From NCBI GenBank assembly GCA_040218735.1, contig JAVJQW010000006.1, forward strand, positions 149,408-213,407: 64,000 nt of DNA, written 5' to 3'. The DNA comes from Deltaproteobacteria bacterium. GTDB lineage: Bacteria > Myxococcota > Kuafuiibacteriia > Kuafuiibacteriales > Kuafuiibacteriaceae. The notes under the pieces are model-generated. The model did not search any database. It saw nothing but the letters and a program-made list of their open reading frames with translations, and had not been told where the DNA came from. A program made the position numbers and the translations under genes. Positions 27,128 through 36,768 of the stretch are shown in pieces; position 1 is the stretch's first letter, and each line of letters opens with the position of its first letter.

Positions 27128-27888
27128 GGGGTCTCCTCCTTGGGGGCTCGAGCTCGATAATCGAGTCGTGAGGTCAGCCACTGGTGTGGGCCGATGGTGA
27201 GTGCATCGCGGGCACCGGAGTACGCCGCGGCGGCTTCGCCCTCGGGCGTGAGGGCGAAGTGGATGGTGCGTGTGCCGAAGTCGCGTCCGAGGAGCGCCTC
27301 GGCGTCGGCTTCGTAGCGGACGATGCCGGTCGCGCCGACGTCGTACGCGGGGTTCGCGATCTCGACGAGCTGTTCGGGCGCGCCGACGGGCGAGACGAAC
27401 ACCCGCAGCTGGACGGGAGCGTTCGGGGCCGTCGACGGTCGGAGCAACCAGCGGACGCGGCTCGTCGGCACGAAGACGTCACCGGGCGCCTCGTCGCCCC
27501 GCATCTGGACGACACCACCCAGCGGCGCGTTGAGCGCGTAGCTCGGGAGCGCGGACGTCGTGTCGGGCCGCGGCAAGAAGACGAAGAGCAGGGCGGCCGC
27601 CGCCACGGCGATCGTCGCGACCGCCGGCCAGCGTCGTGACCGTCTCTGCTTCAACGCCCCCTTGGCGAAGTCCGACAGCTCCGACGACACCGGCTCGCCG
27701 TAGTCCGAAGCCAGCGCGCGACACTCCGCGCACGTCGCGAGGTGCGCCTCGATCGGCTCGCGGCGGTCGTCGTCGACGCGGCCGCGCGCGTAGGCGACGA
27801 GGTCGCGGTCGTCGAGGTGCTCACCGTCGGTTTCGACGTCCGGAATCTCGCGCAGCATTCGATCGATCTCCTCGTCCTCGCGGCTCAC
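27124..27888 (-). CDS. Zinc-finger (zf-HC2/ZAS) transmembrane anti-sigma factor
   Basis: HLATCAEC motif, basic patch plus single TM (RRWPAVATIAVAAAALLFVFL), about 150-aa extracytoplasmic domain. Confidence 0.85.
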   Translation of the reverse strand: MSREDEEIDRMLREIPDVETDGEHLDDRDLVAYARGRVDDDRREPIEAHLATCAECRALASDYGEPVSSELSDFAKGALKQRRSRRWPAVATIAVAAAALLFVFLPRPDTTSALPSYALNAPLGGVVQMRGDEAPGDVFVPTSRVRWLLRPSTAPNAPVQLRVFVSPVGAPEQLVEIANPAYDVGATGIVRYEADAEALLGRDFGTRTIHFALTPEGEAAAAYSGARDALTIGPHQWLTSRLDYRARAPKEETP

Positions 27889-30617
27889 CGCCGGCCCCCC
27901 AACACGTAGAACGCGGACCAGGTGTCGTCGTTGGACGCCAGCGCCGCGCGTCGGAACGCATCGATGGGGGTCCTCGCACCCCCCGCGCCGTAGAAGCGCT
28001 CGACGAACGCGGCTGCGTCGTCGTCCGAGACGCGGCGGGTCGTCGCGACGACGGTTCGTGAGCCGCTCGCGATGAAGGCATCGGGGAGGCCGATACGAAT
28101 CGTCCGACCGAGCCGTCCGCTGCGCCCGGTCTCACATCCGCTGAGGACGACGCGCCGCGCGCGGGGGCGTCGCGCGAAGAGGTCCTCCACCGTGAGGCGC
28201 TCGTCGTTCGCCAACACGAGGTGTGCGTCCCAAGGGGTGGCGGCGTCGAGGACGCCGTGTCCGGCGAAGTGGAAGTGCGACGTGTTGGCGACTGCGTCCA
28301 GGACGCGCGCGCGCGTGGCGTCGCGTCCGAGGAGGAGCGCAGACGCTTCGAGGCGCTCTCCTACGCGCTCCGCCTCGCGGCGCGCGACGGGGAGGTTCGA
28401 AGCCGTGTCGCCGACGACGACGGCTGGGCCCGTGCCTTCCTCGGATTCGAGGACCAGCAGGCTGGGGAACGGGACGAACGCGATCGCGGTGGCGTCGAGC
28501 CAGCGCTTCGCTTCTGCACGGGTGCCGAGGACGCTCCACGGATCGTCGGCACCCATCGTCGCGACGAACAGGGTTCCGTTCTTTGCGTCCCACCAGGGCG
28601 CGGTCGGTCGCGCGGTGAAGCGGCGGATCGTTCCGCGCGTGACGCCGAACCACACGGGGGTGTCGCCGTCTTCAAAGGGTACGAGCAGCGCGTCGTTCGA
28701 GCTCAGCGAAGCCTGGATGGGTTCGACGCTGTCGAGCGCCGTCGAGCCGAACGTGTTCTCGACGAACGCAAACGCGGCGTCGAAGACCTCCTCCAGCGCC
28801 TGGCGCTTCTTCGCGGTCTCAGCCCGAAACGCGGGGAGGTCCTTCGGGGCGACGAGCTCCTCCTCGCGGTTTCGTTTCTCGAGCGCCGCGCGTTGCTCGT
28901 CGTAGCGGTCGAGGCCGGCGCGCCACTTCAGGCGGTCCTCTTCGTCGAGGCTGTCGAGCATCGCGCGTCCGTAGAGCACGCGGTAGGTCTGCGCGCGCGA
29001 ACGGTCGGCCGCGAGCACGGCGAGGTCGTTGCGGTCGTTCGCGGCGAAGGCCTCGACGGCGTCGGCGAAGAGCTGCCGTCGGTCGTCGATGAACGTCGCG
29101 CGGTCCTTGGCGATCTCGGTTCGGCGCGTCACGGCTTCGAGGTGGTTCATCGCCTCGATGAAGTGCGCCGCCGACCGTTGGGGCTGCGCCCGCGCGAGGC
29201 CGTAGTGGGCGCGCCAGGTGAGGTCCGATGCGCGGCCTGCCGATTCGCGCGTCGCCCGCTCGAGCGCGCTCTCGTACGCACGGGCCGCGTCGTCGCTGCG
29301 CCCGTCGGCCAACGCGAGGTGACCGCGCATCAGGCGCGTGAGGACGACGACATCCTCGGGGAGGGAGGCGTCGGCCTCCATCGAAGCCAGGAGCGTTCGT
29401 GCGCCCGCGAGGTCGCCGCCTTGATAGCGCGCGTAGAGGAGGTTCGTCGCGGGGATGTAGGCGAGGTCTCGGCGCCCGGCGCTAACAAGAATGTCGCGAG
29501 CTCGCGCGAGCTCGCCTTGCACGCGGTTCCAGTCACGCTCGAACGCGCCCGCCGCCATGCCGCGGGAGAGCACCCAGCCGCGGTCGGCCGCGTACGAGCC
29601 CTGTTCCGTTACCGAAGCGCCTTCGACCCAACGCTCCGCGCGCTGTAGCAGCGACCACGCTTCTTCGAAGCGCCCGACCTCCGCCAAAGCGAGGTAACGT
29701 GCAGCGACGACGTACCGAAGCGGTTCGACCAAGGCCGCCGCATCCGCGATCTCGATCGCCGCCTGCGTGACCTGGAGCGCCTGTCGGTACTGCCCCAGCT
29801 CCGCGAGCACCTGCCCGCGGTAATACGCAGCGAGCACGATCCCCACCTCGTCGCCGATCGCCTCCGAGCCCGCCGTCGCTCGGTCGAGCAACGCCAACGC
29901 CTCCGGGAACCGCCGCTCACGCAGTCGGTAGTACGCGAGCGTGCGCAGCGCGCGGTAACGCTCGCTCTGCCCTTCCCGTGCGGCGGCTTCCGCCCAGACC
30001 TCGATCGCCGCGTCGGTGTCCTCGGGTCGAACGCGTTGAACGAGCTTCACGCGGAGCTCGTTTGCTTCGACGCGGAGCATCCCCTCGAGCGCGCCGACGG
30101 TGTCGAGTCGAGCTTCGAGCTTCGCGAGCGCGGCAGGCGCGTCGGTCTCCATCAACGCCCACTCCTCGGCGAGCTCGGGCCACTGGCGGGACTCGGGGAC
30201 CTTCTGCACCGACCACCGCTTCGCGCCGACGCTCAGCGTTCCGCTCTCGGTGATCGGCGCGAAGTACACCAGCACCCGCCCCGCGCGCGCCGCGGTGGCG
30301 GTCACGGAGAGGGGTTGCTCGCCGAGCCTCGCCGCGACGGGCACGTACGGGGCGGCCATCGAGACGTACGGCGCGTGGGCGTCGTCGAAGACGTGGGTGA
30401 CCGCGCCCGCCCGCGCGCTCAGGATGCGCGCGCCGTGAAGCCGCAGATCGGCGGCCACCGGCTTCGCCGATTCCTCCGTACGCGGACACGCAACTGCACA
30501 CACCAACACGAGAATCCAGGCTCCTGAGCGGACCACCTCCAACCCGTGAGGGTGCAGGTTGCCTGCCAACCCCTTCCTAACCATTTCGGCGAATCGCTTT
30601 TTTTTCCCGCCCCACAT
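27885..30617 (-). CDS. TPR-CHAT (caspase-like) protease, probable lipoprotein
   Basis: HFAGHG and VLSGCETG catalytic dyad motifs; long helical TPR-like region; hydrophobic WILVLVCAVAC segment suggests a true start near 30536-30584. Confidence 0.88.
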   Translation of the reverse strand: MWGGKKKRFAEMVRKGLAGNLHPHGLEVVRSGAWILVLVCAVACPRTEESAKPVAADLRLHGARILSARAGAVTHVFDDAHAPYVSMAAPYVPVAARLGEQPLSVTATAARAGRVLVYFAPITESGTLSVGAKRWSVQKVPESRQWPELAEEWALMETDAPAALAKLEARLDTVGALEGMLRVEANELRVKLVQRVRPEDTDAAIEVWAEAAAREGQSERYRALRTLAYYRLRERRFPEALALLDRATAGSEAIGDEVGIVLAAYYRGQVLAELGQYRQALQVTQAAIEIADAAALVEPLRYVVAARYLALAEVGRFEEAWSLLQRAERWVEGASVTEQGSYAADRGWVLSRGMAAGAFERDWNRVQGELARARDILVSAGRRDLAYIPATNLLYARYQGGDLAGARTLLASMEADASLPEDVVVLTRLMRGHLALADGRSDDAARAYESALERATRESAGRASDLTWRAHYGLARAQPQRSAAHFIEAMNHLEAVTRRTEIAKDRATFIDDRRQLFADAVEAFAANDRNDLAVLAADRSRAQTYRVLYGRAMLDSLDEEDRLKWRAGLDRYDEQRAALEKRNREEELVAPKDLPAFRAETAKKRQALEEVFDAAFAFVENTFGSTALDSVEPIQASLSSNDALLVPFEDGDTPVWFGVTRGTIRRFTARPTAPWWDAKNGTLFVATMGADDPWSVLGTRAEAKRWLDATAIAFVPFPSLLVLESEEGTGPAVVVGDTASNLPVARREAERVGERLEASALLLGRDATRARVLDAVANTSHFHFAGHGVLDAATPWDAHLVLANDERLTVEDLFARRPRARRVVLSGCETGRSGRLGRTIRIGLPDAFIASGSRTVVATTRRVSDDDAAAFVERFYGAGGARTPIDAFRRAALASNDDTWSAFYVLGGRR

Positions 30618-30695
30618 TTTCTCGCTAAGAGCGAGATACCCCGGTTGAGTGGCAGAATCTGCAAGAGTTCTGCGCTCGAGCGAGCGCAGGGGCGC

Positions 30696-32576
30696 CTACG
30701 ACCCAAGGAGCGCCGTCTGGAGCTCGTGCGCGAGCCGCTCCTTGGAGAACGGCTTGGGGATGACGTGCACGGATGGGTCGAGCTTGCTCGCGTGCGTAAG
30801 TGTCTCGCTGGCGTATCCTGACATCAGCGCGACGGGGAGGTCGGGCCAGCGCTCGGCGATGCGTTGTTTGAGCTTGAGGCCGTCGACGCCGCGGGGGAGC
30901 ACGACGTCGGTCAGGACCACGTCGAACCGCGCGGACTGGGGCGGCGTGCGTTCGAGGAGCTCGAGCGCTTCGATCCCGTCGCTGACCTCTTCGACGCGGT
31001 AGCCGAGGCGCTCGATCAGCCGTCGAATCATGCGACGGACGGTCGGGTCGTCCTCGACGAGGAGGACACGCTCACCCTTGGGCATCGCCTCGACCTCGAC
31101 CCGCGGGAGCGCGACGTCGGAGTCCTCCACGCAGCGCGGGAAGTGAATGCGCACAGTCGTCCCGCGTCCGGCCTGGCTGTCGATCGCGACGAACCCGCCG
31201 GACTGCTTCACGAACCCGTACACGGTACTCAGCCCGAGCCCGGTGCCGCCGTCTCCCTTCGTCGTGAAGAACGGCTCGATCGCTCGCTCGAGCACCTCGG
31301 CCGTCATCCCCGCGCCATCGTCCGCGACCTCCAGGAGGATCCACTGGCCGAGCGGGAGCGACGGGTGCAGCGCGTCGAGGACGGGGACGTTTTGCGTGCG
31401 GATGTGCAGCGTGCCGGTCTCTTGAGTCATCGCGTCGCGTGCGTTGATCGCGACGTTGAGGAGCGCGCTCTGGAGCTGCCCCGTGTCGATGCGGCACTTC
31501 CACAGCGACGGGTCGAGATCGATCTCGACCTTCACCTGTTCGCCGAGCGTCCGCGTGAGGATCGTGCGCTCCTCCTCCACGAGTCGATTGATGTCGCACT
31601 TCGTCGGCGTGAGCGATTGGCGACGCGCGAACGCGAGGAGGTGGCGCGTAAGATCGGCCGCGCGCTGACTGGCGTCGCGGATCTGTTGCGCGGCGTCGGC
31701 CACGTCCTCGGGGTCGTTCGCGGCCGGATCGAGCATCTCGACCGCGGAGAGGATGATCATGAGGAGGTTGTTGAAGTCGTGCGCGATCCCGCCGGTGAGT
31801 TTGCCGAGCGCGTCCATCTTCTGAAGCTGGTGAAGTTGCTCCACGAGCTGAGTGCGTTCGCGTTCGATGCGTCGCGCCTGGGTGATGTCGGTCGATACGA
31901 GGGTGACCCGATCCACGGAGCTGCCGTGCATGATCGGACCGAGGCGCGTGGAGTAGAGGCGCTCGTCGGCGCCGAACCCGATGAACATCTCGTAGGCGGC
32001 GGGGGTGCCGGTCGCGAAGACGCCATCGATCGCGTCGCGCACCATCCGGACCTGATCCGGTCGAGCGTAGTCCAGGACGGACACGCCGATGAGGCTCTGC
32101 GGAGAGACGCCGGAGTGCGTGCGGCTGATGAAGCGGATGCGGTAGTCGCGGTCGACGACCGTGAAGATGTCCGGCGCGTTCGACAGCATCGCGCCGAGGA
32201 GGCGTTGGGTCGCATCGCGTTCGGCTTCGACGCGCTCGGTCTTCGTGACGTCGATACTGATGAAGCAGAACAGACGCCGAGCGCCACGCTCGTTAGGCAC
32301 GGCGAACACCCAGTTGTGGTACGTCGCCCGCGGAGTCTCGCGCCCGACCGCTTCCGACTCGAAGAACTGCGGCGCCCCCATGGTCTGGGCGTTGTCGACG
32401 GTCGCTCGAAGGCGTTCGTGGTAGTCGGGGTCGATGTACTCCAACAAGGAGCGCCCCTCGACACCGACGCCGTCCCGATTCAAGAACACGATGTCGAAGT
32501 TCTCGTCGACGTACGCGATGAACTCCGGAGCGCGCATGACCTGCGCACGCCAGTCCTCATCGTTCAACCAGTCCAC
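30696..32576 (-). CDS. Cytoplasmic hybrid histidine kinase (2x PAS, HisKA, HATPase, receiver)
   Basis: GGIAHDFNN H-box, NARDAM, EPFFTTK, GTGLGL; receiver LLVEDD...LTDVVLP...KPF. Confidence 0.93.
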   Translation of the reverse strand: MDWLNDEDWRAQVMRAPEFIAYVDENFDIVFLNRDGVGVEGRSLLEYIDPDYHERLRATVDNAQTMGAPQFFESEAVGRETPRATYHNWVFAVPNERGARRLFCFISIDVTKTERVEAERDATQRLLGAMLSNAPDIFTVVDRDYRIRFISRTHSGVSPQSLIGVSVLDYARPDQVRMVRDAIDGVFATGTPAAYEMFIGFGADERLYSTRLGPIMHGSSVDRVTLVSTDITQARRIERERTQLVEQLHQLQKMDALGKLTGGIAHDFNNLLMIILSAVEMLDPAANDPEDVADAAQQIRDASQRAADLTRHLLAFARRQSLTPTKCDINRLVEEERTILTRTLGEQVKVEIDLDPSLWKCRIDTGQLQSALLNVAINARDAMTQETGTLHIRTQNVPVLDALHPSLPLGQWILLEVADDGAGMTAEVLERAIEPFFTTKGDGGTGLGLSTVYGFVKQSGGFVAIDSQAGRGTTVRIHFPRCVEDSDVALPRVEVEAMPKGERVLLVEDDPTVRRMIRRLIERLGYRVEEVSDGIEALELLERTPPQSARFDVVLTDVVLPRGVDGLKLKQRIAERWPDLPVALMSGYASETLTHASKLDPSVHVIPKPFSKERLAHELQTALLGS

Positions 32577-32684
32577 GTCGCGTAAACCCCGAAACAGCGA
32601 GGTTACTCGAAGTCGAGCCGGCGTCGATAGATCCGTCGCGCGGATTCTGCGTTCATCGGCGCGTCTTGAATCGGGTCTACGGTC

Positions 32685-33284
32685 TCAGAGGCAGCGACCG
32701 GTCACGAAGTCACAAGCGGTGCCGGCGGGGCACGGGACCCCGGCGAGCTCGTTGAACAGGCAGCCGTACTGACACATGTTCTGTTCGCAGATCAGGATGG
32801 GGATCGGGAAGCCGATGTTGCAGTCCGTATCCGAGATGCACGGGTCGCCGACGTTGTCGGCGCCGCCGTCGATCGTGGGCTGACCTGCGTCGCGCGGGGG
32901 CGGGAAGCCAGCGTCGCGCGGCGGAGGGAAGCCGGCGTCGCGCGGGGGCGGGAAGCCGGCGTCGCGGGGCGGCGGGAAGCCGGCGTCACGAGGGAAGCCG
33001 GCGTCGCGACCGGGTGGGAATCCAGCGTCGCGTCCGGGCGTCACGCCGGAGTCGACGACGCCCGAGTCGGCCTCGGGCCCGGCGTCGCGGACCTCGCCCG
33101 TACACGCACACGCGCCGTAGACGCCGCCGGAGCAGGTCTGGGAGCCGCGGCGCCCGTCGTTGCAGGAGCACGCGGCGGTCTGACCGTCCACGCAGCCCGT
33201 GACGATGATGCCGCCTTCGCGACGCGTTTCTCCGCACGCCGTCGCGGTGACGGCGAGCAGCAGTGCGAAGAGAAGACGGCGCAT
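32685..33284 (-). CDS. Cys-rich lipoprotein with Pro-rich repeat linker
   Basis: ATAC lipobox; two Cys-rich modules separated by RDAGFPPP repeats. Confidence 0.8.
   Translation of the reverse strand: MRRLLFALLLAVTATACGETRREGGIIVTGCVDGQTAACSCNDGRRGSQTCSGGVYGACACTGEVRDAGPEADSGVVDSGVTPGRDAGFPPGRDAGFPRDAGFPPPRDAGFPPPRDAGFPPPRDAGFPPPRDAGQPTIDGGADNVGDPCISDTDCNIGFPIPILICEQNMCQYGCLFNELAGVPCPAGTACDFVTGRCL
32883..33032 (-). repeat. Coding tandem repeat (about 24-bp unit, RDAGFPPP)
   Basis: Seven consecutive RDAG-containing units, one shortened. Confidence 0.85.
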
Positions 33285-33385
33285 CCTGACTCGTTCTTAC
33301 GCTCTGCGCGCCCAAGGCTTCCTCGGCCGATCGTCGGAGGCGCCTCGCTTGACGCTCGGGCATCCGCGCTGAAACGAAGGGGGCG

Positions 33386-34219
33386 ATGAAGGGGAAGGTC
33401 TGCCTCGTGACGGGGGCGAATACGGGGATCGGCCGGGTGACGGCGCTCGAATTGGCGCGCCAGGGGGCCGAGGTCGTCCTGATGTGCCGATCCGAGGAGC
33501 GGACGGCCCCGGTCGTCGAGGCGATCCGAAACGAGACGGGCAACCAGGCCGTCTCGTTTCACGCGCTGGATTTGTCCTCGCTCGCGAAGGTGAAGGCGTC
33601 GGCGGAGGCGTACCTCGCGACCGACAAGCCGATCGACGTCCTGGTGAACAACGCGGGCGTCGCGGGGTGGCAGGGGACGACCGAGGACGGCTTCGAGGTG
33701 CACTTCGGCGTGAACCACCTCGGGCACTTCCTGCTGACGAACCTGCTGCTGGACCGCGTGAAGTCGTCCGCGCCGGCGCGCATCGTCCACGTCGCGAGCC
33801 AGGCGCACCAGCGTGCGACGCCGATCGACTACGACGCGATTCAGACCAAGACCAAGACGGTCACCGGGTTCCCGGAGTACCAGGTGTCGAAGCTCGCGAA
33901 CGTGCTGTTCTCGGCGGAGCTTTCGCGGCGCCTCGAAGGGACGAACGTGAACAGCTACGCGCTCCACCCGGGCGTGGTCGCGTCGGACGTCTGGCGCAAG
34001 GTGCCGGCGCCGTTTCGGTGGATCATGAAGAAGTTCATGATCAGCAACGAGGACGGCGCGAAGACGACGCTGCACTGCGCGACGTCCGACGCCGCCGCGA
34101 ACGAGACCGGCCTGTATTACGACGAGTGCAAGCCGAAGAAGGTGAACGCGATCGCGACGGACGCCGCGGCGAAGGAGCTGTGGGAGCGGAGCGAGGCCTT
34201 CGTCGCGGGGTTCCGTTAG
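33386..34219 (+). CDS. Short-chain dehydrogenase/reductase (retinol dehydrogenase-like)
   Basis: TGANTGIG, NNAG, VNHLGHFLLT, YQVSK, LHPGVV. Confidence 0.93.
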   Translation: MKGKVCLVTGANTGIGRVTALELARQGAEVVLMCRSEERTAPVVEAIRNETGNQAVSFHALDLSSLAKVKASAEAYLATDKPIDVLVNNAGVAGWQGTTEDGFEVHFGVNHLGHFLLTNLLLDRVKSSAPARIVHVASQAHQRATPIDYDAIQTKTKTVTGFPEYQVSKLANVLFSAELSRRLEGTNVNSYALHPGVVASDVWRKVPAPFRWIMKKFMISNEDGAKTTLHCATSDAAANETGLYYDECKPKKVNAIATDAAAKELWERSEAFVAGFR

Positions 34220-35943
34220 ATCGAAATCGAGCCCTTGCGGAAGTCCGACTTGCCGATGATCGCGTTGACGAGCACCGGGTGACCGGCGCGCGAGAGCTCG
34301 AGCGCCTTCTCGAGCGCGGCGTCGATCTCGTCGGGTGACTCGACGCGGATGCCCTTCGCGCCGCAGCCCTCCGCGACGGTCTGGTAGTCCATGTGCGTGA
34401 GCATGCACGCGACGTCGTCGCCGAGGGTCGGCGTCTGGTCGCGCTCGATCTGCGTCCAGCACGCGTCGTTGCCGATCACCGCGATCACCGGGATGCCGTG
34501 GCGCGCGAAGGTGTCGAACTCCATGATCGAGAAGCCGGCGGCGCCGTCGCCCCAGAGGAGCCACACGTCCGAGTCGGGGCGCTGGGCCTTCGCGGCGAGC
34601 GCGAACCCGGCGCCGACGCCGAGCGTGCCGAACACGCCTGGGTCGAGCCAGCACAGCGGCTTCCTCGGGCTGAGCGTGTACGACGCGGTGGCGATGAAGT
34701 CGCCGCCGTCGCCGATCAGCACGGCGTCGTCCGTGAGGTGACGATCGATCGCGCGGCACAGGGCGATCGGGTTGATGTTGCCGGTGTCGACCTTCTCGAA
34801 CTCGTCGATCTCCGTCTCTCGCGCGGCCTCTCGCTGACGGAGTGTCTCGAACCAGGGCGCCCGCGTCGACGCGTCCTTCATGAGTCGCGCGACGGACGTG
34901 AGCACGGTGACCGGCTCGGCGAGGATGCCGAGGTCCGGCTTTCGGTTCTTCTTGAGGTCCTCTTCGCTGAGGTTGATCGAGATGACCTTCGCGCGTGAGA
35001 CGTGGCTGCCGTAGTCGAGGCGGAAGTCACACGGCACGCCGCAGAGCACGACGACGTCCGCTTCTTTGAGTGCGTTGCGCCGCTTGTGGCGCATGAGCAG
35101 GTTGTGTTTCGCGCCGAGGAGCCCGCGCGCCATACCGGAGAGGTAGACCGGCGCGCCGATGCGCTCGATCGCCGTGATGAGCTCGTCGACGCGGTTGGGG
35201 TCGAGCATCGCCTGGCTGCCGATCACCATCAGCGGCTTCTTCGCGCCTTCGAGGAGCTTCATCGCCGCGCGCACGTCGTTGTTCGCGGGCGCGGTCGGCG
35301 CCGCGGGGGCGGGGGAGTGGATGACGGGGCCGTTGATCTCCGTGAAGAGGTTCGTGAGGTGGCCCTTGATGTAGAGGCTCGTCGCGTGGTCGACGAGGTT
35401 CTTGTTCGACTTGTCGGTCTTGGCTTTGTACCAGCCCCGCACGGTGTCCTCGGCGTAGAGCAGATCGACGGCGAGCTCGACGAACACCGGGCCGGGGACG
35501 CCGGCGATCGCCTCTTCGAACGCCTTCTCCAACGCGGGGACGACTTCGCGCAGCGTGTTGGGTCGCGCCGCGTACTTCACGTGCGGCCCGATGAGCGCCA
35601 TCTGATCGATGTCCTGAAGCGAGCCGCGACCGCGGAGCATCGTCGCGGTTGCACCGCCGATCAGCACCAGCGGCACCTGCGCGAGCTGCGCGTTCTTGAT
35701 CGCGGTGATCGCGTTCGTCACGCCGGGGCCGGCCGTCACCGCGGCGACGCCGGGGACTCCGGTGAGGCGCGAGTAGGCGTCGGCGGCGAACACGGCGTTC
35801 ACCTCGTGGCGGGTGTCGATGACGCGGATGCCTCGCTTCTTGCTCTCCACGAGGATGGGGGAGATGTGCCCACCCACGAGGGTGAACAGGGCCTCGACCC
35901 CGTGTGATTTGAGGACCTCTGCGACGCGCTGACCACCGTCCAT
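34216..35943 (-). CDS. Thiamine-diphosphate enzyme (acetolactate synthase-like / 2-hydroxyacyl-CoA lyase-like)
   Basis: TRHE, TAGPG, DFRLDYG, GDGAAGF...GND TPP motif; start at ATG 35943 (MDGGQRV). Confidence 0.88.
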   Translation of the reverse strand: MDGGQRVAEVLKSHGVEALFTLVGGHISPILVESKKRGIRVIDTRHEVNAVFAADAYSRLTGVPGVAAVTAGPGVTNAITAIKNAQLAQVPLVLIGGATATMLRGRGSLQDIDQMALIGPHVKYAARPNTLREVVPALEKAFEEAIAGVPGPVFVELAVDLLYAEDTVRGWYKAKTDKSNKNLVDHATSLYIKGHLTNLFTEINGPVIHSPAPAAPTAPANNDVRAAMKLLEGAKKPLMVIGSQAMLDPNRVDELITAIERIGAPVYLSGMARGLLGAKHNLLMRHKRRNALKEADVVVLCGVPCDFRLDYGSHVSRAKVISINLSEEDLKKNRKPDLGILAEPVTVLTSVARLMKDASTRAPWFETLRQREAARETEIDEFEKVDTGNINPIALCRAIDRHLTDDAVLIGDGGDFIATASYTLSPRKPLCWLDPGVFGTLGVGAGFALAAKAQRPDSDVWLLWGDGAAGFSIMEFDTFARHGIPVIAVIGNDACWTQIERDQTPTLGDDVACMLTHMDYQTVAEGCGAKGIRVESPDEIDAALEKALELSRAGHPVLVNAIIGKSDFRKGSISI

Positions 35944-36021
35944 ATGGGTCGTTTCGGTAGCACATCCGGGCGAGATTGGGGTCGTCTTGACGGCCTGGAA
36001 AAGGCACGTTACCCCGCCAAC

Positions 36022-36747
36022 ATGCTGGAGCTCGAAGAACACCTGTCGATCCGTGCGTTCCGTCTGGAGGCCAACTACACCTCCGCCCGCCTGAAGGCGT
36101 TGGAGGAGACGCGCGGGCTCGCCGGGGACTTCGAGGAGGCGGCGGACAAGTTTGCGCTGCTCGAGGACGAGCAGGCCCGGCTCGACATCCGCCGGATGCA
36201 GACCCAGGCCAGCGTCGAGACCGCGGACGACGCGTGGGACGACACGATGCTCGCGTTCCAGGGGCGCCTCCTCGAGAAGTCCGGCAACAGCGTCGACGCC
36301 GAGCTCTACCGCCGCTATTTCGCCGACATCCCGTCGCAGGTGACGCGCATGTCCTACGCCGCGGAGATCATGATCTCGGAGGACCTGGAGAAGGTCCTCG
36401 AGCACGAAGAGATCGAGGAGCTCGCCGCGTTCGCCGAAAAGCTCGGCGAGAAACGTCGGTCGCTCGAAGCGATCCTGCGGGAGCGCACCCGCCTCGAAGT
36501 CGACGAGGCACGCTTCGCGAACCGGGTGTCACTCGCGAAGGCCATCCTGAACAAACTCCGCCGCATCCTGTTCGCGAGCCTGGAAGAGGTCGCGCTGGCG
36601 AACGGCCGCGGGCGTGAGTGGTGCCTACGCTTCTATCACCGCGAAAACGTCGTGCTCGACGCGATCGATTCAGATGGCGTGGACAACCTGCCGTCGCTCC
36701 CCGCCGGGGACGACTACGAAGCGGACGCCCACGCAAACGGCGCTTGA
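36022..36747 (+). CDS. All-helical hypothetical protein
   Basis: GC3-biased ORF with charged amphipathic helices; ATG at 36022. Confidence 0.7.
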   Translation: MLELEEHLSIRAFRLEANYTSARLKALEETRGLAGDFEEAADKFALLEDEQARLDIRRMQTQASVETADDAWDDTMLAFQGRLLEKSGNSVDAELYRRYFADIPSQVTRMSYAAEIMISEDLEKVLEHEEIEELAAFAEKLGEKRRSLEAILRERTRLEVDEARFANRVSLAKAILNKLRRILFASLEEVALANGRGREWCLRFYHRENVVLDAIDSDGVDNLPSLPAGDDYEADAHANGA

Positions 36748-36768
36748 ACGGCGCGTAGTCGGCGGCGC

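Noticed and set aside
17250-30617. Possible CRISPR type III-E (Craspase) locus because of TPR-CHAT plus sigma
   Set aside because: No repeat-spacer array and no cas-like gene seen anywhere in the window
32883-33032. Tandem repeats as a possible CRISPR array
   Set aside because: No spacers; in-frame coding repeat
15146-33300. Accessory block as an integrated mobile element
   Set aside because: No integrase, transposase or att-like direct repeats found by eye; separation of rpoC from rpsL is common
35944-36405. 154-aa N-terminal extension of the TPP enzyme in the ORF track
   Set aside because: It overlaps the divergent gene; family similarity starts at MDGGQRV (35943)
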